A stretch of DNA of 64,000 bases, from positions 1 through 64,000 of the forward strand of contig CDMY01000312.1 of assembly GCA_001179505.1 (NCBI GenBank), given 5' to 3'. The DNA comes from Vitrella brassicaformis CCMP3155 (taxonomy: Eukaryota; Protista; Chromerida). The translations under genes and the position numbers were made by a program. Below, one piece after another: positions 23,226 to 35,600 of this stretch. Position 1 is the stretch's first letter, and the number at the start of each line of letters is the position of its first letter. Under the pieces are notes generated by a model. The model was not told where the DNA came from, ran no database searches, and saw nothing but the letters and a program-made list of their open reading frames with translations.

Positions 23226-26200
23226 ATGGGCTCTTCTGAGCGGACACTGCTGGGCCGGCTGCTGTGGCAGCCCCTGGGCGCCAACAATAACGCTCAGCAC
23301 TCTCACGATGCGATGCCGCTGTCGGATGCCCATGTGCTGCTGTGCGAGAGCAGCGGGTGGCTCATTGTGGTGGGGTGGAGCTCTCGGTGCCACATGTCCA
23401 TGCTCTGGTGCGCACACTGCAGCTGATCTAGATGCAAAAAGGTCCGCAATTCTGCCCTCGTCGTTGTGTGTGTGGTTTGTGACCCTGGCTGCCTGCAGTA
23501 TATTTGACATATGTAAGGAGCAGTGGGAGGCCCCCATGTATATGCACACCCGGGCATCGCACCCCGTCCGTCTGGAGGGCAACGGCGCGAGGGCCAAGGA
23601 CATCTACCTCCTGCACTGCCCGCCCGACACGCCCACCTGCCCCTCTGATTGGCGCTATGAGGTGCTCGACTGCGGCATCGAAAACACCAGTGAGTGAGCT
23701 GAGTGAGCTGCGTGAGCACGACACTCCGTCGTGGCATATGGAGGGGAGGGGCGGCTGGCTGCTCCTGTGTCATTCACACGTCGCAGGCAGCCCGAGGATT
23801 CACAACCTCAAGACCTGCACGTCCGGTGGGACCAGCGGGCAGGACGGAAGAGAGCCAAAGCGAAGGCGAGTCTGTTTGTCTATTTGTCTGTCTGTCTGTG
23901 CGCAGGCATTCCGCCCAAGAAGCGGCAAGGGTTTTGCTTTGTGGGCTGCCGGGACATGATGATCTTCTGCGGAGGGCATCAAGTCTTCTGCGGTGGGCGC
24001 CGGTGTGTGCGTGCAGTGCATTACACCCACGTCCACCTATGTTGGTTGATGCGTGTGTGTGTGCTGTGCTTGGGCAGGTGACAGCACTGGTTCGGTGACT
24101 TATGCGTTTTGTCCTGACCGCGAGCGCGAGGGCAACTGGGTGTGGATCCAACTCGACTACACCACCCAATTCACCACGTACACACACACATATGGGCATC
24201 GTATCGGCATGCTCCTTCTCTCCATGGTCACACATGAGTGCACTGCAGTAATTTCCCCCCCTTCACGCCCTACCTGAGCTGCCGGTGGGGCGCCTCATGT
24301 GTCTACGACCGCTCAGCCGATGCTGTCTGGATGTTCGGGGGCCTCATATACGGCAACACGGCACACACACCACCACCAACAGCAGCAGCAGCAGCAGGGG
24401 GCGGCCAACGATGGCGAGATGGTGCGTCGCGTGATCGCCATGGCGACGGTCGGTACCCCACCCCGATGGACCCCAGCCACCACACGCCACACGTGCCCAT
24501 GTCAGTCAGTGCGAGAAGGCTCATGCATTGCCTGACAAATGGATGGATGGATGGATGGATGCTGCTGGTCTGTGTGTGTGTGTCAGAGTGACAGCGGATC
24601 TGTATCGGTTCTCTACGCATCAGCTCACATGGGAGCCCATCAGTGCGCCGAGCTCGCCACACGCCCACCCTCACCCACACGAGCAGGACGAGCACAGCCA
24701 ATGCCCCGCCCCCATCAGCCTTTCTGAGGCGGCGGGCCACGTGCGGTCGGCCAGCAGGGGCGAGGGCGTAGGGCCGACACCGCTGCATGGGTCGTCGCTC
24801 ATGGTGATACGGGGAGGGCTGCTGGTGTATGGAGGATTCAACGAGGCCAACGACGTGTCGAGAGCCATCTACTGGTGGGTGGATGGGTCGGTGGATGAAT
24901 GGATGGATGGGTGTGTGGGTACCTCTGCTCTCTGTGTGTTCTGTGTCTGTCGTGTGTGTAGGTATAGCCATTCGGGTCAGATTTGGCACCAGCTGCATCC
25001 CGGTTTCTTCCCTTGCCCAGTCGTCAAGGTATGTGGGTGGGTGCAGGGTGACCGAACCCCTCCACAACACGCCCCTCTCTGTGAGTTTGGCCGTCTGTCT
25101 GTCTATGTGCCGCATCTGCAGGGCCTGTATGAGTCGCCATGTGCCGTCATCTTCGAGGGCCGACTGCTGTCATACCAGGTATCACATACACACACACAAA
25201 CAGGCAGCTCGTCTCGCCGCTAACACGCCAGTGGGTGCACACACGAACAAACAGAATGTTCCCAACGAGCATGGCGATCGTCGCGACGGCCACGTCGCCT
25301 CCCGCCCCTCCGTCTACGCCCTCCCTCTCGACTGGTAACTGGTAAAACGGTCCGGCAGCAGGTATCTTATACTATAGATGGATGTCTGCGTGTCTCTCGC
25401 TGCCTGCAGGGATTTCGTCAGCGGCCTGCGCCCGCGACTCCGCGCGCGGGCCATCGATCTGCTCGACGACGAGGAGACCCACGACGTGGCCTTCCGTGTC
25501 GAGGGCAAGGTCATCAAGGCGCACAAACCCATCCTGGTCAGGCACAGAGAGATCCACCACGAGCAGACGACTGCACGTGGTGAGCTCGTGCTTCGCTCTG
25601 TGTGTGCAGCGGCGTTTCTCGCCACTGCTAGGAGAGAAATGTGACGCCTCCCCAGCTGATGGGGATCCCATTGCTCTTGACCTCTCGCCGGTTCTGCGGG
25701 CCGCCAGGGGCAAGGATGACACCGACGCGCCGAAAAACGGGTAGGTGCGTCAAAATCAAGGGGCGATGGGTGCAGCGCATTGCAGAGGATGATGATGGTG
25801 TTGTTGGTGTCAAGGTATGACGTGTTTCGGCTGGTTTTGACACACATGTATGAGGGCTTTGAGCGAGTGCCGAGCCCAGCCGAGTCGGAGAGCCTGCTCT
25901 ATGCGGCACACCACCTGGACATACCCCTCCTCGAAGCGCAGTGCCAAACGGTTGGTTGGAAAGACAGACGCAGGGTGGAATGGTCGATGTGCAGATCTTG
26001 TGTGTGTGTGTGTGTGTGTGTGTGGTCAGAGTGTGCCACTACACGACAACAACGTGCTGGAGCTCTTCCGCATCGCATCAGAGTGGCACCTCGACAAACT
26101 CCAAATCAGGTAGGTGGGCGGAACCACTCACCCACTTACACATTACTGCGTGCATACACGTGTGTGTGTGTGTGCGTGTGGATTCGTTGAGGTGCAAGAC

Positions 26201-26735
26201 GTACGTCTTCAACCACATGGACATCGTGCTGCAGCTCGTCCCGCCAGGCCGAGACGTCGCCGCCAGCCCCCCCGCACTCTACACCCAAGACGGCGCACCC
26301 CACGCCGCCCCCGCCACCCATCCCCAGCTCCACCCTCCCCCACACCAGGCCCCGCCAATCATGCAGTTCCGACCCGGCCCCTTGCCTCCGCCATACCCCT
26401 TCCCACCCGTCCCTTCATACGATGCCGCCGGCAACCTCGTGTGGCCGTGGCCGCACCCCCCGATGTACCCAATGCCCTTCCCGGGTGCGATACGGCCACA
26501 AGTGAGGCCCCAGCAGCAGGGCGAGATTGGGGCGGGGGCCGAGGGCCCGATGCCCTCGCCTGTGCCGGTGCCATGGCCGTACTGGCCTGGCCCTGCGCGG
26601 CCGCCATTCCTGCCGATGCCGCCCCCACCAGGGGCCGGGCCGCCCCAGGGTGCTGGTCAGCGGCCGGCGATGCCGCCACAGGCGTCTGATGGAGGAGGCA
26701 TGGCGCAGTGGCAAAGCAGTGTGGGAGACGGATGA
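23226..26735 (+). CDS. Kelch-repeat plus BTB/POZ protein (LZTR1-like layout) with a Pro-rich tail, multi-exon
   Basis: Kelch GG motifs (MMIFCGG, VWMFGGLIYG..DLYRFSTHQLTW, LLVYGGFNE..AIYW); BTB HDVAFRVEGKVIKAHKPIL, VFRLVLTHMYEG, LLYAAHHLDIPLLEAQC, NVLELFRIA; PPPYP-rich end with stop at 26735. Confidence 0.82.
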
Positions 26736-27134
26736 GCTGCTGCGGTGTGGGATGGGTGCCTTGACGTGTTCGGTAGCTGTAGAGGTGCGGTGGGCCCGAT
26801 TGGGGCAGACAGGTTCATTGGTGTCATTGGTGAAGTGAGATGTGCAACGGACGGATCTTTGCACATGATTGCGTGAACGACGGTCTCTGGTGTTACATAT
26901 TTGATCGGCGCTGAATCAAACCACCGAACTACCACACTCGTGTCACCAGACTACCACACACCTTAGGACGTCCCGCATACTGAAAACAGCGAGGGCATCT
27001 ACACAGCCGACACATGGGAGTGATTAGAACACGGAGCGCGACGGACAGACAGACAGACAGACAGATAGCTGCAGACAGAAGGTGGACATAGAATACATCT
27101 GCACACGCGCGCCATGATGGATGGATGGACTTAA

Positions 27135-29282
27135 TCATAGCTGCAGGTTAAAGGTCTCCTGACAATGAAAACCCAGCGACTGCAACGTGGCCTCCGACAC
27201 ATCCCCAACACCCTGCACATCCACACACCCGCACACACACATACACACACAGGTGGGATCTGTTACCCCCTTGCCCACCGCAGCACTCGCTCACATGTGT
27301 GCGTGGGTATGCGACGATGCGGCCTCCCGCCTCGCGCGTGTAGCGCTTCGGCATAGACAAACTGACAGACAGACAGAAGGAGAGTCAGGTATGTGACTGG
27401 CACATGCATCACACAGAGTACTGTATGTGTCTGCAACCGTTCGTTCTCTCATCAGGTCGCCCACCCCGCAAATGAGACAACGAGCGACCAGGTGCCCCTC
27501 ATGCTGAGCCTGGGTACGATGCCGCTCAGGTCCTCCCTCTCTAGCCAGTGAAACACACCCTGTCGGTCAGCCACCACACATGGGACAAACACACACGCAG
27601 CAAAGGAATCACTCCATCCATCCATCCAGATGTGCATGAGTGCATTCGTACTTTGATGGTGTGTGAGGGCGCGAACTTGCGAGTGATGCGGGCGCCCGAA
27701 GGGAGACGAATCTGCCATTACATATATTGAGGTCAGTTGGGAGGGAGTTTCTCTCTCTCCTGCCCACCGACCCCACCCACTCTCCTCCCATCACCTGTAC
27801 AGCACACGTGGGGCCAGACGTGGGCTCCTCAGGAGGCGGGAGGAGCGCCTGCACACACACACAGAAACACAGACAGACACAGACGCACTCACCGAGTACC
27901 TGTGCTGTGCAGGTACGACACACCCATTATGGATGGACCCACACAAACACAAACATTACCTGCTGGTGGGTCTCCAGCGACAGTCGCAGCGCCTCAGCCA
28001 GCTCAGGATCCACGCACACAGACCGCTTGCACAGGTCGTCAAGGTTTCGCGCGTCGGCAACGGCGGGGGGCGGACAGCTAGAGTGTGGTTCAACGCTGTC
28101 GTTGTTGAACAGGCAGTAGGCCTTGCGACTCGTGCTGCCTTCCGTGAACTCCTGCATGCGACGCGCCACCTCCTGCAGCTGGCTCGAATCGTAGCTGCCG
28201 AAACACCGACCCCGGGCACCATGCAGCCGGAAATACAGCCCCCACGAGCAGCACGAGTCAACGCTCGCTGGCGGGTGCCAACCTGACGCACAAGACCATG
28301 ACCGACAGACAGACAAGGATCCTCCTGCATGGCTGCATGCCATGCGTGGCTGGCTGATGGATGACCAATCCCGCCTCACCGCTGTCCATCTGGGCGGCCC
28401 ACATCTTTCCATTGCTTTTCATTTCGTTGATGAGGTGGGTGCGCGCGAGGCACCAGTCGTTGGCCCTCAGCACATCATACACCTCCTTGGTGTACCACGA
28501 CGGATGCCGGAACTCGAAGGCAAAACGACCTTGACTGCCAGAAACACACAGAGCATAGTGAATGGTGTTGTTCACTAAGGCACTCAGTCACTCACTGACC
28601 GTTAGAGGGCAGAACGGTCGACAGATCCTTGAGGCGCTGGATGTTGCGCCGGAATGAGGGCGGGCACACGAAGAGAACAGGGCCGAGATGGTCATCGAGG
28701 AGCAAGCAGCCGCCCCAGAATGTCTTCCACTGCTCCTTGAAGCCGTCATCCACCAGCAGCTGCTTCTCGTCGGTGAAGTACTTGTTGGCCTTGATGGCGT
28801 ACGTGAAGGACGGCCGAGGAGCTTGTGCCTGAGGTGGCCGCGAATGAATGAGCGGATGGCATGAAGGGCACTGACTGCCGGGTCACCGACCTTCCAGCCG
28901 CGCCACGTCTGCTCGGGCGCAATCACGTAGTAAGTGGCGTTGATCTCCACACAGTCAAACTCGCTAGAAAACCTACAGGCCACACAAAGCCACAAACACG
29001 CACAGACAGAAATCACGCCACACACAGCGCTTCGTCGTCTGCGCTTCACATCCAGTGGCTTCACATGGATGCGTACCATTCGAACTGTTTCTTGGACTTT
29101 GCTTTGAGGTCCGTGGGATAGTACGGGCCGCACCAGTAGTTATAGTAGTACCCGCTCGTGCCTATGCGGATCTGCGGCGACCCGAAATGCGTGCCTCTCG
29201 ATGATGAGGCATCTACGCGAGGGGACTTGTGAGATGATGACGCTGATCCAGATGGCTCCGAAAGCGCCCGCTTGGATGCCAT
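27135..29282 (-). CDS. DUF72 (YecE/YunF-like TIM barrel) protein fused to a UIM-like helix and a C-terminal UBX domain, multi-exon
   Basis: DUF72 motifs IRIGTSGYYY..W.GPYYP, FDCVEINATYY, FTYAIKANKYFT, LGPVLFVCPPSF, FAFEFRHPSWY, YFRLHG, YCLFNND. These are followed by ELAEALRLSLE (UIM-like) and CAVQ|IRLPSGARITRKFAPSHTIK|GVFHWL...MPKRYT...|TLQSLGF..FNLQL* (UBX-like; exon 27652-27711 is an exact 20-codon phase-0 exon). Confidence 0.8.
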
Positions 29283-29576
29283 CTTGAGATCGGGCGGTTT
29301 CAGCCCGGGCGAAACCCCATCTCAGGGCATGGCGGCGACGATGGATTGATTGGTTGCTTTCTGCCTTCGGTTCCTCGTGCGAGCTTAGATAATGTGCGAT
29401 TTCCGGATCATATGACGATTGAATTCATTCAGAGAAGGTTTTTGTTGACTCGTCGCACACACCACGCATTGACAAACAGACCAACGATATAAAATGCAGC
29501 CAGCGATGATGTTTTTCTACACCCGCAGGCTGTTTTCATCTTGGCTCCCTGTGTGCTTTTGCCCCGCTGCAAGTAC

Positions 29577-30040
29577 TCACACATCTTGGTCTTGATTGTA
29601 CCGGCGGTCTCCGTTCTTCACTCGTGAGAGATATAAAATGTAGGCAACGATTGCCTGTCGAGGTGCACACATGGCAACAAACAGTCGGTCCGCCCATTGC
29701 ACCCATACATGCATACCTTCAACTTGAGTTTCTGATAATTGAGGCCGCCAGATGGACTGCCAGATGGGCTGCTCCCACTGTCGCAAACCACCGCTGCCGT
29801 CCTTGACGACGAATTTGTACTCGACAAGCCCTCTGCCGTCCGGCGGGAGTTGAATGGTGGGCGACGTCCACTCTGGGAAGGTCTCGGCACACGTGGCCAA
29901 CGGGATGGCCTTGGTCGGGTTCCAGCCGCCAAAAGTCGAGTCCGCACCGACGACACACACGCGCTCGCCCACTTGGGTCCCCACGCACATAGACACGGTC
30001 TGCGCACGTACTCCATAGACAGCCCAAACCTCCTGCACAC
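29577..30040 (-). CDS. CBM20 (starch-binding) domain protein, apparently stand-alone; start uncertain
   Basis: YGVRAQT..GERVCVVGADSTFGGWNPTKAIPLAT..FPEWTSPTIQLP..VEYKFVVKDGSGGLRQWE matches the CBM20 pattern. Confidence 0.7.
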
Positions 30041-30401
30041 GATCACCCACACGTGTGCAGACCGTGTCTATGTGTGTGTATCTTTTACCTCGCATCGGCT
30101 AGGTTCGTCCTCGTATCCGAACAAATCCTCCGCCGCAAATGGGCAGGCCTCGGATAGACCTCAACTTCTCAAAATCCTCGCCAAATGTAAACTCTTGATG
30201 GGGCGTCTCAAAATCTCGCCTGTTCTTCCCACGCCTTCGCACTCCGTTTCCCACAGCTACAGCACCACGAACTCGTCAGGGGCGCGACACGTCAAGGAAA
30301 AAGGCGGACAAAAGGCGGCACTTCGGATCGACATCGCTGTACGGGTCTACAGTGCGGCGCCTGGCTGCCTTCGCACAGGAGGCTTTGACTGACCTGGCGA
30401 G

Positions 30402-31487
30402 ATGATATTTCTCGTGTCGGTGGTGGTGGCGCTGTGCCTGATAATCCGGCTCTTCCCCTGGCTGCTGTACCGCGGCAGGAACATGCTCCTGACCATTTGC
30501 GAATCCGTTTGGTGCTGCTTCGTGCGCTCTCCCGATGACAGCTCATACGAGGACCATGCCTATGACTGCGAAGACGACGACACCAACAGCAGCGTGGTCA
30601 AGTGCATCGACCTCACTGTCTTCGAGTACTCCGAGAGCAAAAGGGCCGCGATGATGACGGCGGACACTCAGTCGGGCCCCACGAGCAGCACCGACAACAG
30701 CAGCGCCGACACGTGCAGCACGTGCGGGAGCAACAGGGACTCGGCAACATCTTCATGCGCAACCGACCCGTCGTCCATCACGCCCCCCACCTCCCCCCAC
30801 CCCTACAGCACTGACGCCAAGAGCAACCGCTCCAACACAGACGCGAGGCAAGAACCATTACCCCCCCGAGCGCCTCCCCCATTACCGCCATGCAAGCCTT
30901 CATCTGGTGGTTCCGTCACGTCGTCCTTTTCCCTGACTGGCAATGAGGTCTGCTGCGTGTGCCTTTGCGAATATGAGGAGGGGGAGATCTGTGCGCGGAC
31001 GTCCAACCGCGACACCGGCTGCAGACACGTGTGGTAAGCAGTCAGCTGACTGACCATGCAGTCAGTCTTCACCCGTCATCCATCTGTGTGTGTGTGTGTG
31101 TGTGTGTGTGGATGCAGGCACAAGAGTTGTATAGAGAACTGGATAAAGGAAGGGCACTGGTCGTGCCCCATCTGCCGCGCGTCGCTGCTGTCCTCTTCCT
31201 CCCACTCCCCGCCCCACTGCTCGCCCCGGCACGAATCGCCACCCGTCGGCCCATTACAAATGGCCGTCGGCCCATCCTCACGATCGACGGCCATGACGCC
31301 CCCTTTGCTGCAGAGCATCCTGCGGCCCCACGCACGGGCGGTGACGGCCGGTGCCGGCTCGGCCATTCCTGCTGCTGCTGCTGCTGCTGCCGCGTCGAGT
31401 GATGGGAGCCCTTCTGAGATGGAGAACGAGTGCATCGACATTGAGTCTGTTGAGGACAGTGACGTCGATGAGGACGACGTGTCGTGA
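30402..31487 (+). CDS. RING-H2 E3 ubiquitin ligase with an N-terminal membrane anchor (ATL/RNF-like); exons 30402-31033 and 31118-31487
   Basis: Hydrophobic N-terminus MIFLVSVVVALCLIIRLF; CCVCLCEYEEGE...CRHVW|HKSCIENWIKEGHWSCPICR joined across a GT-AG intron. Confidence 0.88.
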
Positions 31488-32612
31488 CTGAATGGAGTAG
31501 ATCTGTTCCTGTGGCCTGCTCGTGTGTTGATGATCTATTTATTGCATTTTTCCTCCCCTAGCTCAGATGTGCGTGTCGGCTTTTGTTTTTCCTTACTGTC
31601 TTTGGTGCCTGTACGTCTGTGAGTGTGTGGTTGATTGTGAGATGATTATTGATCGCTGGCTGAGGGCGTGGCGTTTTTCGGTATCCATTCTTTGTGCGTA
31701 GCTGTGCTGTTCTGTGTGGCCTTAGCTCATGCATGCGATGCGTGTGTGCAGTCACTCCTTTTTTCGCACGGACTGACTGACTGACTGCAGCTGTCCGATG
31801 GATGAGACAACCTCTGCCCGTGTGACTGTGTATGTGTATGTGTTGACAAAGCTAGTTGTGAGTGCAATCGCACTGGTGAGCTCTGATGTCTTCATGTCGG
31901 TGATGCACGCATATGGGATGTTTGTTTGACAGACACTGACGTACACAGCAACACCCATACACACCATCACATGATCACACTATGGATGGAGGGATGGATG
32001 GATGGATGTAGCCCGGTTACGGCGTCTTTGTCTGCCTGTCTGCCCGCCCGGCCACCGGCTGTCTACTGACAGCACCGGAGGGACGGCCGTCAAACCATTC
32101 ACTTGCCTCTTCTCGTCTTCTTGTCTTTGTCAGCGTGCCCCTCCCTCCCTCCCTCCCCGCCCCCCCGACCTGTGCATATCCCATATCCATCCATTGACCC
32201 ATGCTGGTGCGTGCCTGTGGTTTGATGGTTTGTGTGAGTGAGTGTGACGTGACGGCCGGGCGTTTTGGTTTTGTCAGCACATGAGGTGCTCCAAAGAGAC
32301 CCCATGCATGCCAATAATGGTAGTAGTAGTATGGCAGCAATGCAAGGAAGGTGGGTGGGTTGTGAGGGTGCGTGAGAGAGAGTGTACAGGTAGAGAGGGC
32401 GAGAGAGAGAGAGAGATGGCATTGATGTGATGTGGTGTGTGTTCATTGTATGTGAAAGGGTACGGACACACACACGTGGAGGGAGGGAGAGATGTGGACG
32501 ATCGTATTCATTCACGCATGTAGTCAACGCAGTCATCAGACAGGTCAAACCCATTCGATGCTCAGGCAAATAAATACGAGTGTCTTACTCAGCCAACTAC
32601 AGTCTCCCTCCC

Positions 32613-35600
32613 TCACTCAGATGTATCCATGGGCGCCACCCCGCCATCATCCCCACGGTCATCCCGTCCCCCTTCGCCCTCCACATTCCTCTGGCCCATC
32701 TGTTGAAACGCCGCCTGGGGGATCGCCGTGTTGTGGTTGTTGCCCTCCCGCGCCAGCCCGCCCGCTCTCCTTCTGAAGAGCGGTGGGTCAGAGCGCACAA
32801 AGGGGGGCGAAGATGGGTTGCTCAATGCGCCGAGCCGCTCGCCCATTTTGTGGGCCGCTCTCTCGATGGCCGGCTGCACGTCGGTGAGGGGAATGCGTGT
32901 GTCCGGGGGTGGGAATGCTGGGAGTGGGGGAGAGAGGAGGGGGTGCGAGCATGACGACGGTGTGGACGACAGCACCAGCTGAGGAGGGAGGAAGAACGCG
33001 TCAGTGAGCGAGAGACATCCCCATGCGCAGCAAAAGTGTGTGTGTACCTTTGTCGCGTCCGATCTGAAGTGCCATATGTGTTGGCTCCTCTCATGCCACT
33101 GCCACTCGACATTTCGCGCCATCAGCCACCAGTCCCACCCACCATCCTCATCGCTGCAAACCGGCAGATGCCGCGTGACGTCCCATGGCAGCTGCGACGA
33201 CGATGCCTCGTCTGATGCAGATGCAGCCGCCGGTCGGTGTGAGAGGACGGATGTGTGTGGGGGGCTTTGGGTGTGCTGTGGGCTGGGGCTGGTGGGGATG
33301 GTGGGGGCGTGAGTGACGATGGGCCTCACGAGGCGCTCCAGTTGCCTGACAGCAGAGACAGAAGGTGTCCTGTCCGTTGGTCGACGGCAACGTACTCCTT
33401 TGCTCTTGTGGGTTCTTCTGTGGCCTTGACGGTGAGCTCACACAAAGCGCCGCTGCTGCACAACAAACCTATCTGCAGACAGACAGACAGGCAGACAGGC
33501 AGGCAGGAGACACACGCGGACGTCACAAGTGTGGATGGGATGGGTGGTCACACAGATGCACACATCACATGGCCAACCTTGACTGTCCACTCAAAGGCAG
33601 ATGAGCCGTCACCCTCCTGCCGCCCAAACCGGCTCTCCTGCACACACAGACAGAGAGATACACAGTAAGTCAGACATCAAGACCGCTCCTCTCTCTGCGT
33701 ACCTTACCTGTTTCTGCACCTGCGATACGCACACGGGTATGCCGATGAGGTCATACCAATGGCCCTTGACCAAGCCCAACTCGTCCGGTGCGGCAGGGGC
33801 GCGCAGCTCCCCCTCCCAGTGCCGGCCCCAGTGCTCCAGATCCACCACAGATGATGTGTCGTCACTGTTGTCGGTGTCATCCCCTCCGCTGCCCCGGCCC
33901 GTGACGGTCAGTATGTGTGTGAGCGACAGGAGTGGGGCGAAGCGGAGGGCGGGGAGGGAGGAGGGGTTGACGGACAGCTGGGGCGCCACGAAGGGGTCGA
34001 GGAGGCTGCCCTTGCCGGGACGATGCTCGCCAGCGACGTTAAACCGCGTTCTGACACCCACCCCCACACAGCACAGAAAAGTCCATCCATCGTCCGTCCC
34101 CCCAGTGTGTGGGTGTGTGTCCCTTCTCTGTGCCACCTGTTTTTGCCGTGCATCTTGCCGTAGAGTCTGATGGGTGGGCGAGTCTTGAGCCGTGACCCAC
34201 CGGCACTCGCGGCCGACGGCGGGGCGAAGTAGTGCTGTATTGGCCTCAGACACGACAGGCGCAGGCGGTGCCCAGTCTTGATGCCCTGATGGGGCTCCTC
34301 GCCATCCAGCTGATGGATCAACACACAGCGGTGATGGTGCTTATCAGAATGGATGGATGGGGCCTTACGTTTGAGATTGTGATGAGGGTCATGTTGTCGC
34401 ACAGCTTGGCGAGCTCGTCCTGCCTGTCGATGCACTTGTCGCGGAGACCACCGCCACCAGCAGCAGTCCACTGGAGGGCTATGCGTGTGTCGATGGCGAT
34501 GAAGGACACCTGCGAGGCCACCTCGTTCGCATGCTGATGCGTCATCGACTCGATACGCTCTGCGCGCCCAAACAGAGACAGACAGACAGACAGGGAGGGG
34601 TGGGTGGGGATGTGGGGGTGTAGGGCGGGTTGGCTGGCTCACTTCGCATCTTCTCCTGGAGGTCGTGGCTCTTCTTCTCCAGCCGCCTGATGCGCGCCTC
34701 TTCTTTGGCCTCCTCCTTGGCCTTCTCTTTGGCCTCCTTCTTTGCTTGCTCGTCCATCTCCTCCTCCTCCTCCTCATCATCACCACCACCACTGTCCTCA
34801 TTGCCTTCCTCGTCGCTGTCGCTGCCGTTCTGCTCGCGCCTGTCTTCCTCCTGTACGGCGGCCTCCATCTCCTCCAAGCACTCGTCACCCACCTCCTCAC
34901 GCACACGCTCGCACTCCTTCTCCCATTGCTGACATACATGGGCAGACATGGGACACTGGTGCGTGTGTGCAGGGAGGGCTGGTTGTGGTTGTGTGTGGGT
35001 CGTCGCTCACATTTTCTTTCTCGGTTTGTTCTGAGTCTGTTCTGAGTATGAAGACCGGCTTGGCGGCTACCTCGGCGTTGCCCTCGCTCGCACGGCCTCG
35101 CAGGTACTCACTGACACAAGAGACAGACACACACGCAGGAGAGAGAGAAGCGATTCTTCCGTGTGTGTGGTGTGTGGGATGTGTGGGGCCCGTGCTCGTG
35201 GGTTTCTCTCACCGGTGTGCGAGTGGGAAGACGGCAAGCACCACCACGTCGACCAGCTCAACCTTCCCACCGCCAGCCATGATCTCTGCGCCCACCCCAC
35301 CCCAACACACACACACACACATGTCATGAGTCATGAGAACCGTCCCGCTTTCCGCCCCCCACATCACACACACCCATTTCTCACCCTCGACAGACTGTAT
35401 CATGGGCCCGGTGGCTTTCCGTCTGCCGAGTGGGGTCGACTGAGGGATCGGGTGCATGGCGTGGTAGTGGATCTTGAGCGCACACTCGGCCGGCAGGTCC
35501 AGCGGGGGACACGGCGGGCCGCGGTTCTCCAAGCACGCACCAGACACCGCCACACGGAAGACCTTACACAACACATGAAGTGGATGGAGATGGATGCATT

